Assembly (NCBI GenBank): GCA_964016885.1
Contig: OZ024744.1
Coordinates: forward strand, 32,798,001-32,862,000
DNA from: Eledone cirrhosa
Lineage: Eukaryota
Direction: 5' to 3'
DNA length: 64,000 nucleotides
Positions 24,213 through 36,890 of the stretch are shown piece after piece; position 1 is the first letter of the stretch; every line of letters starts with the position of its first letter. The notes under the pieces are model-generated. The model saw only the letters and a list, made by a program, of their open reading frames with translations. It ran no database searches and was not told where the DNA came from. A program made the translations under genes and the position numbers.

Positions 24213-26309
24213 TTACCGTACTTTTGGTAGAGGAGGGATGGTTTTTACATCCCTTTTCACTTGATCGTCTGGTGAAGGGACCGTTGAATCGTCCCTTCGG
24301 CTGGTCGTCGGCTCTTCTAAGAGAATGTCTGAATATACTCTTCGATTGATGGTTCCTCCTAGGTCCCTGAAATCACCAACTGCGTTGGGGAATTTCGTTT
24401 TAATGTTTGTGTATTGTTTCTGTGCTATTTTTAGCAGTATTATGTTAGTTGGCGTTTTGATTGGTGCTGGTATTATGTAGTCCTGTTGTGAAATGTCTGT
24501 GTGTTCAATTATGTAAGTCATTAGTTTCTTGTTGTGTGTGTTTATTGACGTGCATTTGTTTTTCTGGGGGTGGGCTGTGGTTCTGCTATTTTCTTGTCGT
24601 TGTTGCTGGGTGTGTGTGTTTTGTTGTTGTGTTTGCGATGTTGGTGCTTGTGGTGGTGGTGTTGAAGGTGTTGTTGGCGGTGGGGTTGTCGCCGGTGGTG
24701 ATGGTGGTGCTGGTGTGGGTGGTGATGGTGTTGGTGGTGTTGCTGCTGTGGGTCTCTTTGCAGTAGACTTTACCCTTTTCTCATTTCTTTCCTCCCTTTT
24801 CAAAGGCGACGATGCGCTGCTTCTGCGTTTGTGCCTTTTTGCGACCTTTTGCCATCCCTCTCCCACCTCACACTCCATGTCTGATTCTGTGAGGTCGGGG
24901 AGGGGTACCAGCTCCACTCTTTCACTTGTTGTTGTTGGTGTTGTTTGCACTGGAGTCTCTGTTGCAGCTGCATTTGGTATTGCTGTTGTTGTTGTTAATA
25001 TTTCCACTGCTGCTGCTGTTTTTGATTTCCGTGGAGTGGGTATGGGTGCCACGGACCTATCGTTCCTGGTTGCCGCTTGTCCTGTTGCTGGTAGCCGTGG
25101 AGCCGGATTCGGAAGGAGGGGGGTTTTCTCCTTTCTCAGGGTCTTCTCGTTGCAGAAGGCCCTGAGGTGAGTCTTCGATCCACAGCGAAAGCATTTCGGG
25201 CGTTTGCCCTCAACACTTATGGGCAGTTGAGTGCCGTTATCGAAGTCTATCACATCCGGGATAGCTTCGATGCACTCCTGGTTGGTTTGGATTAGCATCT
25301 CAATGGAGGAGCCGACCCAATCTTCTCTTACTTTTTTCTGTACTTGCAGTACAGTTGTTTTGTCCTCGATTCCGACGAGGACAGACGCGGCCAGCCAAGA
25401 AGGGGTCATTCCGGGGGGGACGTGGGTCAGTTTGACCCTCACAATTTTTTGCCCGCAGTAGGAGGGCACCAACACTATTTCCTCGCTCCTTAGGGTCACT
25501 ACTGATTGGGCCTTTGCCTCCTGGGGTGTGGCAAAAAGTACGTCTACGGTGGCATATTTTTTGCCTCGGGTGATGTGCGTTTTCCGCTGCCACACAGACC
25601 CCAAGGCTTTTTGTATTTGGGCCTCTGTGGCTCTTTCCACCCTACGGGATTTTGTACTTACTGTACGGTACGTGACCGTACAGTGCTCTTGGGTTTCGAA
25701 AAATGTTTCCGCTGCCTTGCAGATTGCTCGGTGTCCGTTCTTTGTCACCATCTTCTTCGCTTCCTCTAATTCCTCATTTGTTATGAGGATTGTTTCCAAG
25801 TTTTTCGCAATACCTGCAAATGAGATTGGTTTTTCTCTGCTGTTGTTGTTGTCGTCAGAGCTGCTGGTACTTTTGTTGTTGCTGCAGGTACTACGACTAC
25901 TGCCTCCGCCGCTGTTGCTGTGGTTGTTGTTGGTGTTGCTGCTGCTAATGCTGTTGTTGTTTATGCTGCTGGTGATGCTGTTGCGGCTGCTACTGTTGTT
26001 TTCATTGTCACTGTTGCTGTTGTTATTACGGCTGCTACTGCTATTATTCCTGACGTCAGACGAATGAACTGGGTTTTCGTATTTCCCGCACACCTGTTTC
26101 GTCGCTGTCGTCGTCGTCGTGGAGAAACATTGCACGCTTTGCACGAGACTTTTCTTTTCTTTCGTCACTTGCGAAAGAGAAGGGAGGGAGAGAGACACAT
26201 TTAAAGAAGGGAGGGAGAGAGACAATCTTCTCTCTGCTGTAGTGATGATTGAGGAAGAAGAAGACGGAATGAGTGGGAGTGACGTATGAAATTTCTTTTT
26301 CGTAGCCAT
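24213..26309 (-). CDS. ORF1: gag-like nucleic-acid-binding protein
   Basis: Zinc knuckle CFRCGSKTHLRAFC; N/S-rich and P/T-rich low-complexity flanks; directly upstream of ORF2. Confidence 0.92.
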   Translation of the reverse strand: MATKKKFHTSLPLIPSSSSSIITTAERRLSLSLPSLNVSLSLPSLSQVTKEKKSLVQSVQCFSTTTTTATKQVCGKYENPVHSSDVRNNSSSSRNNNSNSDNENNSSSRNSITSSINNNSISSSNTNNNHSNSGGGSSRSTCSNNKSTSSSDDNNNSREKPISFAGIAKNLETILITNEELEEAKKMVTKNGHRAICKAAETFFETQEHCTVTYRTVSTKSRRVERATEAQIQKALGSVWQRKTHITRGKKYATVDVLFATPQEAKAQSVVTLRSEEIVLVPSYCGQKIVRVKLTHVPPGMTPSWLAASVLVGIEDKTTVLQVQKKVREDWVGSSIEMLIQTNQECIEAIPDVIDFDNGTQLPISVEGKRPKCFRCGSKTHLRAFCNEKTLRKEKTPLLPNPAPRLPATGQAATRNDRSVAPIPTPRKSKTAAAVEILTTTTAIPNAAATETPVQTTPTTTSERVELVPLPDLTESDMECEVGEGWQKVAKRHKRRSSASSPLKREERNEKRVKSTAKRPTAATPPTPSPPTPAPPSPPATTPPPTTPSTPPPQAPTSQTQQQNTHTQQQRQENSRTTAHPQKNKCTSINTHNKKLMTYIIEHTDISQQDYIIPAPIKTPTNIILLKIAQKQYTNIKTKFPNAVGDFRDLGGTINRRVYSDILLEEPTTSRRDDSTVPSPDDQVKRDVKTIPPLPKVR

Positions 26310-26524
26310 GTTGTTTTTTGTTTAAAATGAAATTTTGGGTACAAAACCCCAATAACTGGTTATTTAACCCCGAAGGGCCAAATAACGGACAGAAAGACCC
26401 CTCTCACGAGGAGGAGGGTGTCTTTATCAACAATTTGGTTCAAGTTTTAAACAATTTACAATTGTTTTAACGGTTAAAAATTACTATACCTTACAGAGCC
26501 GAGCCTCCGTCAACCATGGCATTC

Positions 26525-26555
<31 letters not shown>

Positions 26556-26797
26556 TTTTCTTTATTAACCACAAGGGTTCACATAAAGTAGACATTAAGG
26601 ACAGTACAGGACAATACAGGACGGTACAAATGGGCATTTCTGCGTGTAAAAAAACAGAGGTTAAAATAAAATAACAAAGAAAAATTCCCCAATAGGGGGG
26701 AGACTTCCAAGGGACATTTGTGGAGAAAGCCCATTAAAAGACCACAGTGGCCCTGACCACCAGGGCAAGTGCCCTCTCCCAGTTTTCCACCTTTAAT

Positions 26798-29700
26798 TTA
26801 CAGACACATACTCAGAGAAGGCCCATTCATTCGGGCCATACTTGCTTCTCTCACCCATCTTTCAACAAAATGCTGGGAAGAGAGCACTTCCCTCTCTACC
26901 CTGATTTTCCTTTTCAAATGAAATTTGAAAAAGTTAATCAGGGCATCACCGAAGAGGTAAGTGCTCGTCTTCAGCCCTTTCAAACGTGTCCACCATACTA
27001 TCTCTTTCGCCATGGCCACCAGACAGATAAAAACTGCCTACCCTTCCAGGCTAAAGGAAGGGGGCGGGGCAATCCTCACGATGGACTCAGCTGATAGCTG
27101 GATAGGTCCTACACGTGACAGCAGGTGTTCGACATAAACCCACAAGTCAGCAATGCTCGGACACTGGACGAGTGCGTGCAGGACGGTTTCGTCGCCCTGC
27201 GCGCATCTCGGACATGCCCGGCTGCGGCACCTCCATGCCTGTAGAGTTTATCCCGAACTGGCAAAGCTCCTCGGTAGCACTGCCAGGCCAGGGATTTCTG
27301 GAAGTTGTCCATAGGCCCCGGCCCGAAAGTCCTTCCGAAGAGATTGGCTAGTTGATTTTCGTCGACGCCTAGAGTTTCTCCAAGTACGTCGTCGCTCTTC
27401 CCCTCCACTAATCCCCTATAGAACGCCAAGGTGGAGTTTCCAGCGATCACATTGCCCGATTGGTCGAGGGCTGTGAGCGCCTGAAGACATTCCAGTCTCC
27501 AAGCGCTCCCTCTCGGTCTTCGCTTGACCCAGGACTGCAGCTCCGTCAAGGAGACGAGCTGGGGAAAAACGTGTCTTGCAAACGGCGACCACACCTGATC
27601 ACCGTCGAGGAAGAGGTGGAGATGTCGTAGCCTGAGCGCGTGTCTGCGCATCATCAGCCACGGCATGCCCAGCCCTCCACGTAGCGGGTGTTGACAGCAG
27701 ATGGACCGCCTGACCATCGGAGCGCGTCCCTTCCACAAGAAGCGAAAGAGCAAACGCTCCAGCGCAGTCAGGCGGGGCTTAGGACAAGGTACGACGGTCA
27801 GGCGGTAGTAGATGACGGATGCGATGTACGCATTCGCCACCTCCGCTCGACCATTCAGGGATAGCTTCCTCTCGGCCCATTTCTGGGTGAGAGAAGCCAC
27901 CCTGGTCGTCACCTCGTCCCAGTTTTTGTCCGTCTGGAGGTCTGGACCGAACCAGACCCCTAGCAATTTAACCGGTCCGTCCGTCCAGCGCCCGACTACG
28001 CTGTTGGACGGCATGGACCTGCCTCTCCAGGTGCCGAGCTGCAGGCCCACTGACTTTTCCTGGTTGATCATTGCTCCTGCCACCGCTTCGTATTCTCTTA
28101 GTGTAGTGCCGATCGCCTCGATGTGTTTGGCGTTCGACACCACTACGGTGACATCGTCGGCATATACTGACACGGATCTTCCGCATCCTAGTTCGCGCGG
28201 TACCCCCCTCAACGTCTCCAGTTTGTGCAGTAATGGCTCGAGAGTCAATACGTACAATAGGGACGAGAGGGGACATCCTTGGCGGACCGAGCGCATGATG
28301 TTGAACGGTTCTGAAAGGTGACCGTTCACTCTCACTACAGAGCAGATGTTGCTGTGCATGGCAGCGATCCAGCCTCTGAAGACGGGCCCAAAGCCAGCCG
28401 CCCTCAGGACTGCCGCTAGGTAACGATGGTCGACCCTATCGAAGGCTTTCGATTGATCTAAATTGATCAAAGACCCACCCGTGCCAGGTTCCCTAGCTAC
28501 CCTCTCTACGATGTATCGCATGAGGTGGAGGTTGTCGTGGATGGATCTGTCGGGAATGGCGCATGTCTGTGCCTCTCCCACCAGACCACCAACGACAAGC
28601 GCCAACCTCTTTGCTAGCACCTTGGCCAAAATCTTGAACTCTGTGTTTAGCAGAGTTATGGGCCTAAAATTATCTATGTTATCCCCCTTGTTCGGATCCT
28701 TTCTCAGCAGCGCCACCGCTCCTCGGCTCACAGAGCTGGGAATTCTCCCGTTCTGTTGCCAGTTGCAGTAGACGTCCGCCAAGAGGCCTCCGAATTGGCA
28801 TTTGTACGTAAAGTTTGGCATTTGTACGTAAAGTTCATAGGGCAGACCATCCAAACCAGGCGATTTACCCCTTGTGCAACTAGTCATTGCATCCCGTACT
28901 TCAGCGGTTGTTATCGGCTTTTCGCAACACTCCGCCTCAGTGGCCGAAAGCCGCGGCAGTCCGTCGAGGTAGACACTAAAGTCCATCCCTCGATCCGGCC
29001 CGCCACTGCCCCCGAACAGTTGAGCGAAGTGTCGCTGAAAAGCTTCACACATTTGCCCGGGATCGAGTAGCATGCGCCCGTCGTGGTCCACCAAAGACCG
29101 GATCGTGGCTTTGTTGCCACGACGCGCCTCCGCCACTCGGGCCCATTGAACGGCTTTCGTCCCCTCGTGTCTGAGAGCACGCACCCTAGCTCTGACAACG
29201 CAGCCTTCGTGCTTTGCATTGAAGAATTGGTCAAGGGCCAATTTCGCCGCAAGAACGTCGGTCGCGATGCCTTTGCTAAGCGCCTCATCTAATTTTCTAA
29301 CTAGTTCTCCCTCTGCTCTATTTTTCTCTATTGCTAAAGTCTTACTAAACCTAATGGACTCTATTCTAATTGCTCTTTTCAGAGCAAACCACCACTTGTT
29401 GTTGACGATGGCCCCCGTCAGCGCCCGCTTAACTAGTTCGCTAATCCGGTCTCTGTAGGCCTTGCGCGCTGGTAAGGACGCGTTTAGCTTCCAGTAGCCG
29501 GGTCCTCGCCTATGAAGCCTATCTAAGTCAAGTACACAGATCACGAATTTGTGGTCCGTGTAGCTGACTATCTTGAATTGTGGAAAGCCTATGCTAGACT
29601 TATCTATTTCCCTACAAAATACTCTATCTAGATATGATCTGGATGACCCTATGCGATTTGTCCAAGTCCACATTGGTACATTCGGGAAATCCATTCGGTA

Positions 29701-30231
29701 CCTGTCAGACAGTTCAAAACGTCTGAGCAGGTTGGTGAGACTCTTGCACCCTCCTTCCCTATCCACTAATCCCACACAATCCCAGCGTGCATCTAAGATC
29801 CCGTTCCAGTCGCCCACTAACACTAAAGAGCGGGACGTTCCAAGAAAAGTCTCCAGACGCCGGAAGAAATCAGGCCGCCCTGCTCCTGTCGGGGCATAGA
29901 CGGCCACTAACCTGAAAGCTTGCCCGTCTCCGCTGGTCACGTCCAGCACCACCAACTTACCTTCTGGGTCCAGGAAGATGGCCCGTATGGCAAGATCCAA
30001 ACCTCTCCGAAAAAGCACAGCTACTCCTCCCCCCGATCCCGGACGGCTGGGAGATGCGTACACATCGTAGCCGCCGAAGATCGGTGCGAAAGCCTGTGCT
30101 TCGGAGATTCTGGTCTCGCTGATGGCCACTACATCTATGTTTAGTGACCTGAGGTCGTTGAGCAGGTGGCCCTGCTTCCATGACGACCCCAAGCCACGCG
30201 CATTTATGCTGCCTATTCTGAGTGAGGTCAT
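26798..30231 (-). pseudogene. ORF2 (EN-RT), frameshifted near C-terminus
   Basis: Nearly identical protein to 20521..24177; the C-terminus continues in ORF 26798..27019. Confidence 0.93.
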
Positions 30232-30265
30232 GTTGAAAAGGAGTGGAAAAGATGGGAAAGACCAC

Positions 30266-32230
30266 TTACCTTACTTCTCGTAGGGGAAGGACGGTTTTTC
30301 CATCCTTTTCACTGCTTGTGGCCTCCTCAGGAAGGATGTCCTTATAAATCCTCCTGGAGAGTGCTTGTCGGAAGTCTCCGATGTCTTTGGGGAATTTTTG
30401 TTTTAGTGTCATGTACGTTTTCTGTGTGATGCGAGTGATTTGTATGTGTGGAGTTGGTGTGAATTTTGGGGTTGTTGTGTAGTCTTTTTCTGTGATGCTG
30501 GTGTTGTGTTGGATGTAGTGTAATAATTGCTTGTTGTTCAAATTTAATGCTGTGTAGTGTGTATCATTTTGCTTGTTTTGTTTTGTTTGCGTTTGTTGTG
30601 GGTTTGTTTCTGTTTCGCATTTTGGTGACTTTTGTGGTGTAGGTGAGGGTGGTGTTGGAGTTAATGATGGTGATGGTGTTGGTGTTTGGGTTGATGGGGT
30701 TGGTGATGCTGGTGTGGATGGTGGCATATCTGTCCTAACTTTTTTGTTTCTTAGTTTATTTGTTTCCCTCTGTATTTTGTTTTTGGAGGGGGAAGGAAGA
30801 GAATTTTTTCTTTTTTGGTTTCTTTTTTTTTTTTCCGGATATCGTTTCCCACTCCTCGTCGTCACAATCTGTCTCCAGTTGTGATAGGCCGGGGAGTGGA
30901 AAATCCTCCACAGCCCTTAGTTTTGGTTGTGGTGTGGTGGATGGTGTAGGCGCTGGTGCTAGTTCTGAAGCGTTGGGTGGTGGTGGTGTTGGTTTTGCTG
31001 GTGGTGGTAGTGGTGTTGGTTTTGCTACTGTTGCTGGGGTTGTTGCTATTATAGTTGCTTCTGTTGTTGCTGCTACAGTTGTTGCTGCCATCTCTGCTAC
31101 TGGTGGTGTTGATGGTTGTGTCACTGGGGTGGGTAGGAGAGGTGGCCTCAACCTTTTAGCCCGAGGGCAGAAAGCCCTTAGGTGTGTTCCTTCACCACAA
31201 ACGACACACCTAGGTCTTCTGCCCTCGACAATTACCGTGAGGTGGCTGCCGTCAGTGAGGTCTATTACCTCTGGGATCTCCTCAATGCTTTTTTGGTCCG
31301 CTTGGATCAGGAGCTCCATCCCAGATCCGGACCAGTTTTCCTGCTTTTCTTTTGCTATTGTTATTATTTTCGTGTTGGCCTCGATGCCGGCGAGGACAGC
31401 CGCTATTAGCCAGGGAATTTCGATGGCCGGTGGAACGTGGGTCACCCTGATCTTTACGAGTCTCTGGCCACAATAGCTTGGGACGAGTGTGAAGTCGTCA
31501 CTTTTTAATGGGGCCATGGAGTGTTCTCTAGCCTCCTCTGGTGTTTCAAAGAACACATCTACGGTTCCATACTTTTGCCCACGTCTGATGTGGGTTTTTC
31601 TTGCCCACACATGTCCCAAAGCTTTTTGGATTTGGGACTCGGATGCCCGTTCCACTCGGCGCGATTTTACATTTATTGTTCTATACGACACGGTGCATAG
31701 GCGCCGATGCTCCATTTTATTAGGTGGGGGGGGGTGAGGCTGACCCTGTACCCATCTTTCTTTACCATTTGTTTGGCATTTTCTAAATCTTCTTGAGTTA
31801 CGGTAAATGCTTCGAATTGTTTTGCTACTCTGGCGAAACTGAGGGGGGGGGGGGTTATAATTTTATTGTTGTTGTTGTTGCTATCGTTAATATTAATTTT
31901 ATTTTCAGTTGTGGTGGTGGTGACGTCAGTCGTCTTTGGTGGGGAAGAGTCCATTTTGCTTGATTTCATTTCGACATCACGAGTTAATTTATTTTTTTCT
32001 TCTTTTGTTTCTGTTGTCGCGGTGGTGGTGGTGGTGGAGGCTTTAACACCTGCAGTCATTGGTAATGGCGGGAAATGAATATCTGCCTGAGACAAATTTA
32101 AAATATTGCTACTGCTTATATTTTTTTTTGTGTTGGCAAACGTAGTAACATTTACAATGGTGGTGTCGGTGTGAGGTGTTATTTTGTGAGGAAGGCTTTC
32201 AGCTGCTTCGTGCAGAGGTGAAGTAGCCAT
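30266..32230 (-). pseudogene. ORF1 with two frameshifts at or near homopolymer runs
   Basis: Knuckle CVVCGEGTHLRAFC. Breaks near the G-run ~31726 and T-run ~30823 could be sequencing errors. Confidence 0.85.
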
Positions 32231-32439
32231 TTTTTTTCAAAGAAATTTTTTGATAATAATAAAAGTTAAAATTTTGGGCACAAGGCCCCAATCTTTTTAG
32301 GTGTCCTTTTCGGAAAACAATGTATGTGTGCTTATAAACAGTTAACAATAAAATTTTCCATAAATGGCAATTTTTAAACAAACGGAAATAACAAACCTTT
32401 GCGGAGCTCACGATAATACGATTTCCTACGTAGGTCGCC

Positions 32440-32480
<41 letters not shown>

Positions 32481-32484
<4 letters not shown>

Positions 32485-32662
32485 TGTTTCTACTTTTGGC
32501 ACAAGGCCAGCAATTATCCAGTACACTACTGGTACTTTATTTTATCGACCCCGTAAGGATGAAAGGCAAAGTTAACCTCGACGGGATTTGAACTCAAACC
32601 GTAAAGGGACGTAACTATGCTAGAAAGCATGGCGTCCAACCCTCTACTGATACTGCCAATTC
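32481..32662 (-). mobile_element. Nin/Deu-type tRNA SINE whose (ATT)n tail abuts the Tx1 train
   Basis: Reverse complement of the 15674 SINE; tail (AAT)n at 32441..32483. Confidence 0.88.
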
Positions 32663-32786
32663 ATAACAACAATAATAATAACGACAACAACAATAATAAT
32701 ATACATATACATATATATATACACACACACGCACACACATAAGCATATCTACACACACACACACACACACGATAGCAACTAACAGC

Positions 32787-35700
32787 GCTACGATCCAATG
32801 TGGCTTTTTAGCCCAGCCAATGATCTAAAATGTCTTGTACAGAGTCGGCAACCAAAACATTCACTGGGAATAGTCGGCTGTGGTTGGAGTTCGTGTACTT
32901 TTGCATGTCGCTTGAGCCCTCCTGCTGATTTACATTCTCTACCACATGTTTGGCAAGCATGATGAGTAGCATCTCCAACAGCAGCCTTGTAGTCAACCAC
33001 TGGTCTTACTTTATGACTGCGAAGATGACTTTCGAGTCCAGCTTTGCTTAGGCAGAGTCTCGCACATACGCTGCATGTCAGCACCATAGGAAGACCCTCA
33101 CCGTCTGCAAGTGCAACAGCAATGCCCTTCCTCACATCCCGCTTTACTTTCTCGTATGCGACTCGAGATGCCTCAAAGGCAACTTTTCCCTCATATACAG
33201 ACTTTCTCCATTTATTACGATCAGCAGCAATATTCTCCTATGTGTCAGCAGAGATGTTAGCGTCTTTCAGAGAGTCTTTCAAGGAATCCTTATAACTCTT
33301 TCTTGGTTTATGTGGCGGTCGTTTTCCTTTAACCAACTCTCCTTAAAAGAGTTGTTTTGGTATTCTAGAATCCTTCATCCTGGCAAGGTGAACATTCCAA
33401 CGGAGTCGTTGCTTAAGCACAAGAGCTTCTATACTGTCACACATAGAGCTTTCCAAAATCTCGACATCACTGATGTGGTCCCCTCCAGTGAACGCCATGG
33501 ATCCTTCTGAGACACATCTGATGGAAACGCTCCAATTGTGGTGTTGATAAGGTGGTGTTGATATGTGACCCAGGTCTCGCAGGCATAAAGAAGACACGAG
33601 AGCACGCATGCCCTGTACACCTTTACCTTTGTCCTCCTGCATATGTCTCGCCGACCCCAGAGTCGCTTTCTAGCTTTCCGAAAGCATCACTTGCTTTCCT
33701 AATCCTAAGTGAGATTTCACTGTCAAGGTTGCTGTATCGATTGACAGTGCTTCCTAGGTAGACAAACTGATCAACCACTCCAAGTCGTTTGCCATACACA
33801 TAGATGTTTGGTTCAGTGTACTGCTTACCAGGGGCAGCTTGGTACATGACGACGGTTTTCTTGAGACTGACAGTCAATCCTAGGGCAGTGCAATCGTCAG
33901 AAAATGCATTCAAAATGTGCTGCCTATCACTCTCTGTGTGCGCTACAAGATCGCAATCATCTGCATACAAGAGGTCTCTTATGATTGATGTAAATACCTT
34001 TGTCTTCACAGCAAAGCGCCTGATGTTAAATATGTTGCCTGAGGTTCGATATCGGATGTAAACACCATGCTCGCAATTCCTGAATGCAATACAGAAAACC
34101 ATTGCAAAGTATATGGCAAACAGGGTCGGTGCTGGAATATCCCCCTGCTTCACTCCATTTTTTACTGAGATAGGCTCCGATATGTTACCCCCGACATTAA
34201 CCCAAGCCTTCATGTCGTCATGGAAAGACTTAACTAAAGCAAGGAACTTATCAGGGCAACCAAGTTTCTGGAGAACCTTCCATAATGCATCTCTGTTAAC
34301 AGTATCGAACGCTTTTGTCAGATCGACAAAAACCTGATACAGATCCAAGCCTTGTTCCATGCACTTCTCCTGGAGCTGTCTAGCTGAGAAGATCATATCA
34401 GTAGTGCCGCGTCCAGCACGAAAACCAGATTGACTTTCAGGAAGAACACAATCTGCAATGTGTGTCAGCAGACGGTCCAGAAGCACCTTACATAAAACTT
34501 TCCCTACGACAGAAAGCAATGATATACCTCTGTAGTTCCCACAATCGTTCCTGTTACACTTTCCCTTGTACAAGACCACCATTACTGCATCTCTCCAGTC
34601 CACAGGTACGGATTCATTAGCCTATATCCTGCCAAACAAAGAGTAAAGATGTTGCAGGAGTCTCTCACCACCATATTGTAGGAGCTCAGCATGTATGCCA
34701 TCCATACCTGGAGATCTTCCACTGTTCAGCTTCGAAATAGCCACTTCAACCTCCACAAGCGTCGGAGGTTCTGCGAGAACTACTTTCACAGGACTTTCTG
34801 GAATGAGATTGAGGAAATCTTCACTGACGACAGACGACTGATTCAAAAGATCATCAAAGTGCTCTCGCCACCTTCGTAGAATTCCTTGTGAGTCACGAAG
34901 AAGTTCTTTGCCCTCCCTGCTGCGAAGCGGTGTCACCAGAGAAGAAGACGGTCCATAAACCTCACGCAAGAGACTGTACAACAGCTTTGTGTTATTGGAA
35001 TCAGACGCAGTTTGTATCTCACCAGCCTTCTCACTCCACCACTGATCCTTCATCTGAGAAAGACTCCGCCTAACACGTGATTTTACATCCCTGAGTTCCT
35101 CATGCAACGTATTCCTCTCCTGTGGTTTTGCCGTCAAGTAGCGTGACAGAGCACGCCTCTTATCAGCCAACAAGTCTTCTATATGTACATCATTCTCATC
35201 AAACCAGTCCTGATGTTTCCTCTGCGCCAATCTCAGAACACGCCTGCCTACATCATAAACCGACTTTTTAAGGGTCGGCCAATCCTCACCAAGATCTGCA
35301 GCCTGCATCTCTTCTCGCAATGTCCTCTTCACATTTTTATCCTTAAGACGAGCAGCATTCAATCTTTTGGGCAGGGCAACACCAGGAGCCCGGATTTTAC
35401 GTTTAGTGATTAGTCTCACTCTTGTGCGTACCAGGCGGTGGTCCGTCCAGCACTCAGCTCCACGAAGAACACGATCACACTGCACATCCTGTCTGTCACG
35501 CATCCTCACTAGGACGTAGTCCAAAAGATGCCATTCCTTAGATGCAGGATGCATCCATGTGGTCTTGAATTTGTTCTTTTGTTGGAACATGGGGTTGGTA
35601 ACACACAGATCCAGCTCCTCACACATCTGCAGCAGGAGCATACCATTGCTGTTACACTTTCCCACCCCATGCCTTCCGATTACATTCCATGTGTTAAAAT

Positions 35701-36230
35701 CTCTACCCACTCTAGCATTAAAGTCCCCAAGCACGATGACTTTATATGCCTGAGGGATATTTCTTAAAACACCTTTCAAGGCATGGTAAAAGGACATCTT
35801 TTCCTCATCGACAGAACTCATAGTTGGAGCATACACACTCACCAGGGTAGCATAACTTCCCTTGTCCAACGGAACTCTCATGGACATAAGACGCTCACTA
35901 ATCCCTACTGGGAATTCTTCTAATTTGTTCACAAGCACAGTCTTAACAGCAAATCCTACCCCAGCCTCTCTTCCGGTTCCTTCATCTCTTCCTTTCCAGA
36001 AGAATGTATATTCTCCACAAAATTCCGTAAGATGACCATCTCCAGCTAGCCTCGTCTCAGATAAAGCCACGATGTCAAGATCGTAACGTCGAAGCTCCTT
36101 TGCAACAAGAGCGGTCCTTCATTCAGGACGCCCCAAGGAATCCTTGTCAAGACTAAATGGCACGATGACGAGCGGGCCCAGGCTGTGATAACCTAAGGCC
36201 CCTGCCCTTATTGCCAATGACCTTTTTTGT
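32787..36230 (-). mobile_element. RTE-clade LINE, near full-length, decayed single ORF
   Basis: RTALVAKELRRYDLDIVALSETRL, GDFNARVG, WTDH (34622..36070); NYRGISLL, QSGFR, VDLTKAFD, YADD (33623..34603); C2H2 fingers (32788..33135). Probable 5' UTR remnant at 36560..36782. Confidence 0.93.
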
Positions 36231-36290
36231 TCCAGAACCTAAATTGCCAATTATCTCTTTTATATTGTTCTGGAACATCATTGGATTGGC

Positions 36291-36321
<31 letters not shown>

Positions 36322-36342
36322 TAATAATAGTAATAATAATAA

Positions 36343-36526
36343 TAATTATTTCTACTTTAGGCACAAGGCCAGCAATTATCCAGTGCATTACTGGTACTTT
36401 ATTTTATCGACCCCGTAAGGATGAAAGGCAAAGTCAACCTCGGCGGGATTTGAACTCAGATCGTAAAGGGACGTAACTATGCTGGAAAGCATGGCGTCTG
36501 ATCCTCTACCGATACTGCCAATCCAC
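36343..36526 (-). mobile_element. Nin/Deu-type tRNA SINE
   Basis: Same family as 15674, with AAT tail. Confidence 0.88.
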
Positions 36527-36890
36527 AATAATAATAATAATAGTACACTGTTAATAATTATTAATGCACTCGTGCAATGCCTGTGCGTGACGAATATTTT
36601 TAAAGTGAGGAAAGACTGTGCACTGAGCCAATCCCACTCTCTGAGCGACAGTAGCTACAACCCTAAAAGAAGAAAAGATCAACATCATCGGTAACTACTG
36701 AGCCACAGGTTTTATGTCGGAGTTAACCCAGTTTCCTGAGATGCCTTCTCCTAGAAGAATGCCCTGACAAGGGCTAGGGGTTCTATACATACATACATAC
36801 ATACATACATACATACATACATACATACATACATACATACATACATACATAGAAATATACATACACATATACATACACACATACATACAT

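Larger units (their letters stand above)
20497..26524 (-). mobile_element. Full-length Tx1-clade LINE with both ORFs open
   Basis: 5' UTR, ORF1 of 698 aa, 35-nt spacer, ORF2, 3' UTR with AATAAA; (AAT)n at 20444..20496 and 26525..26554. Confidence 0.96.
26555..32440 (-). mobile_element. Full-length Tx1-clade LINE with frameshifts
   Basis: ORF2 30231 to 26798, with a 1-nt deletion near 27224 and a short duplication at ~28795-28835. ORF1 split into 31673..32230, 30756..31715 and 30266..30865. (AAT)n on both sides. Confidence 0.95.
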
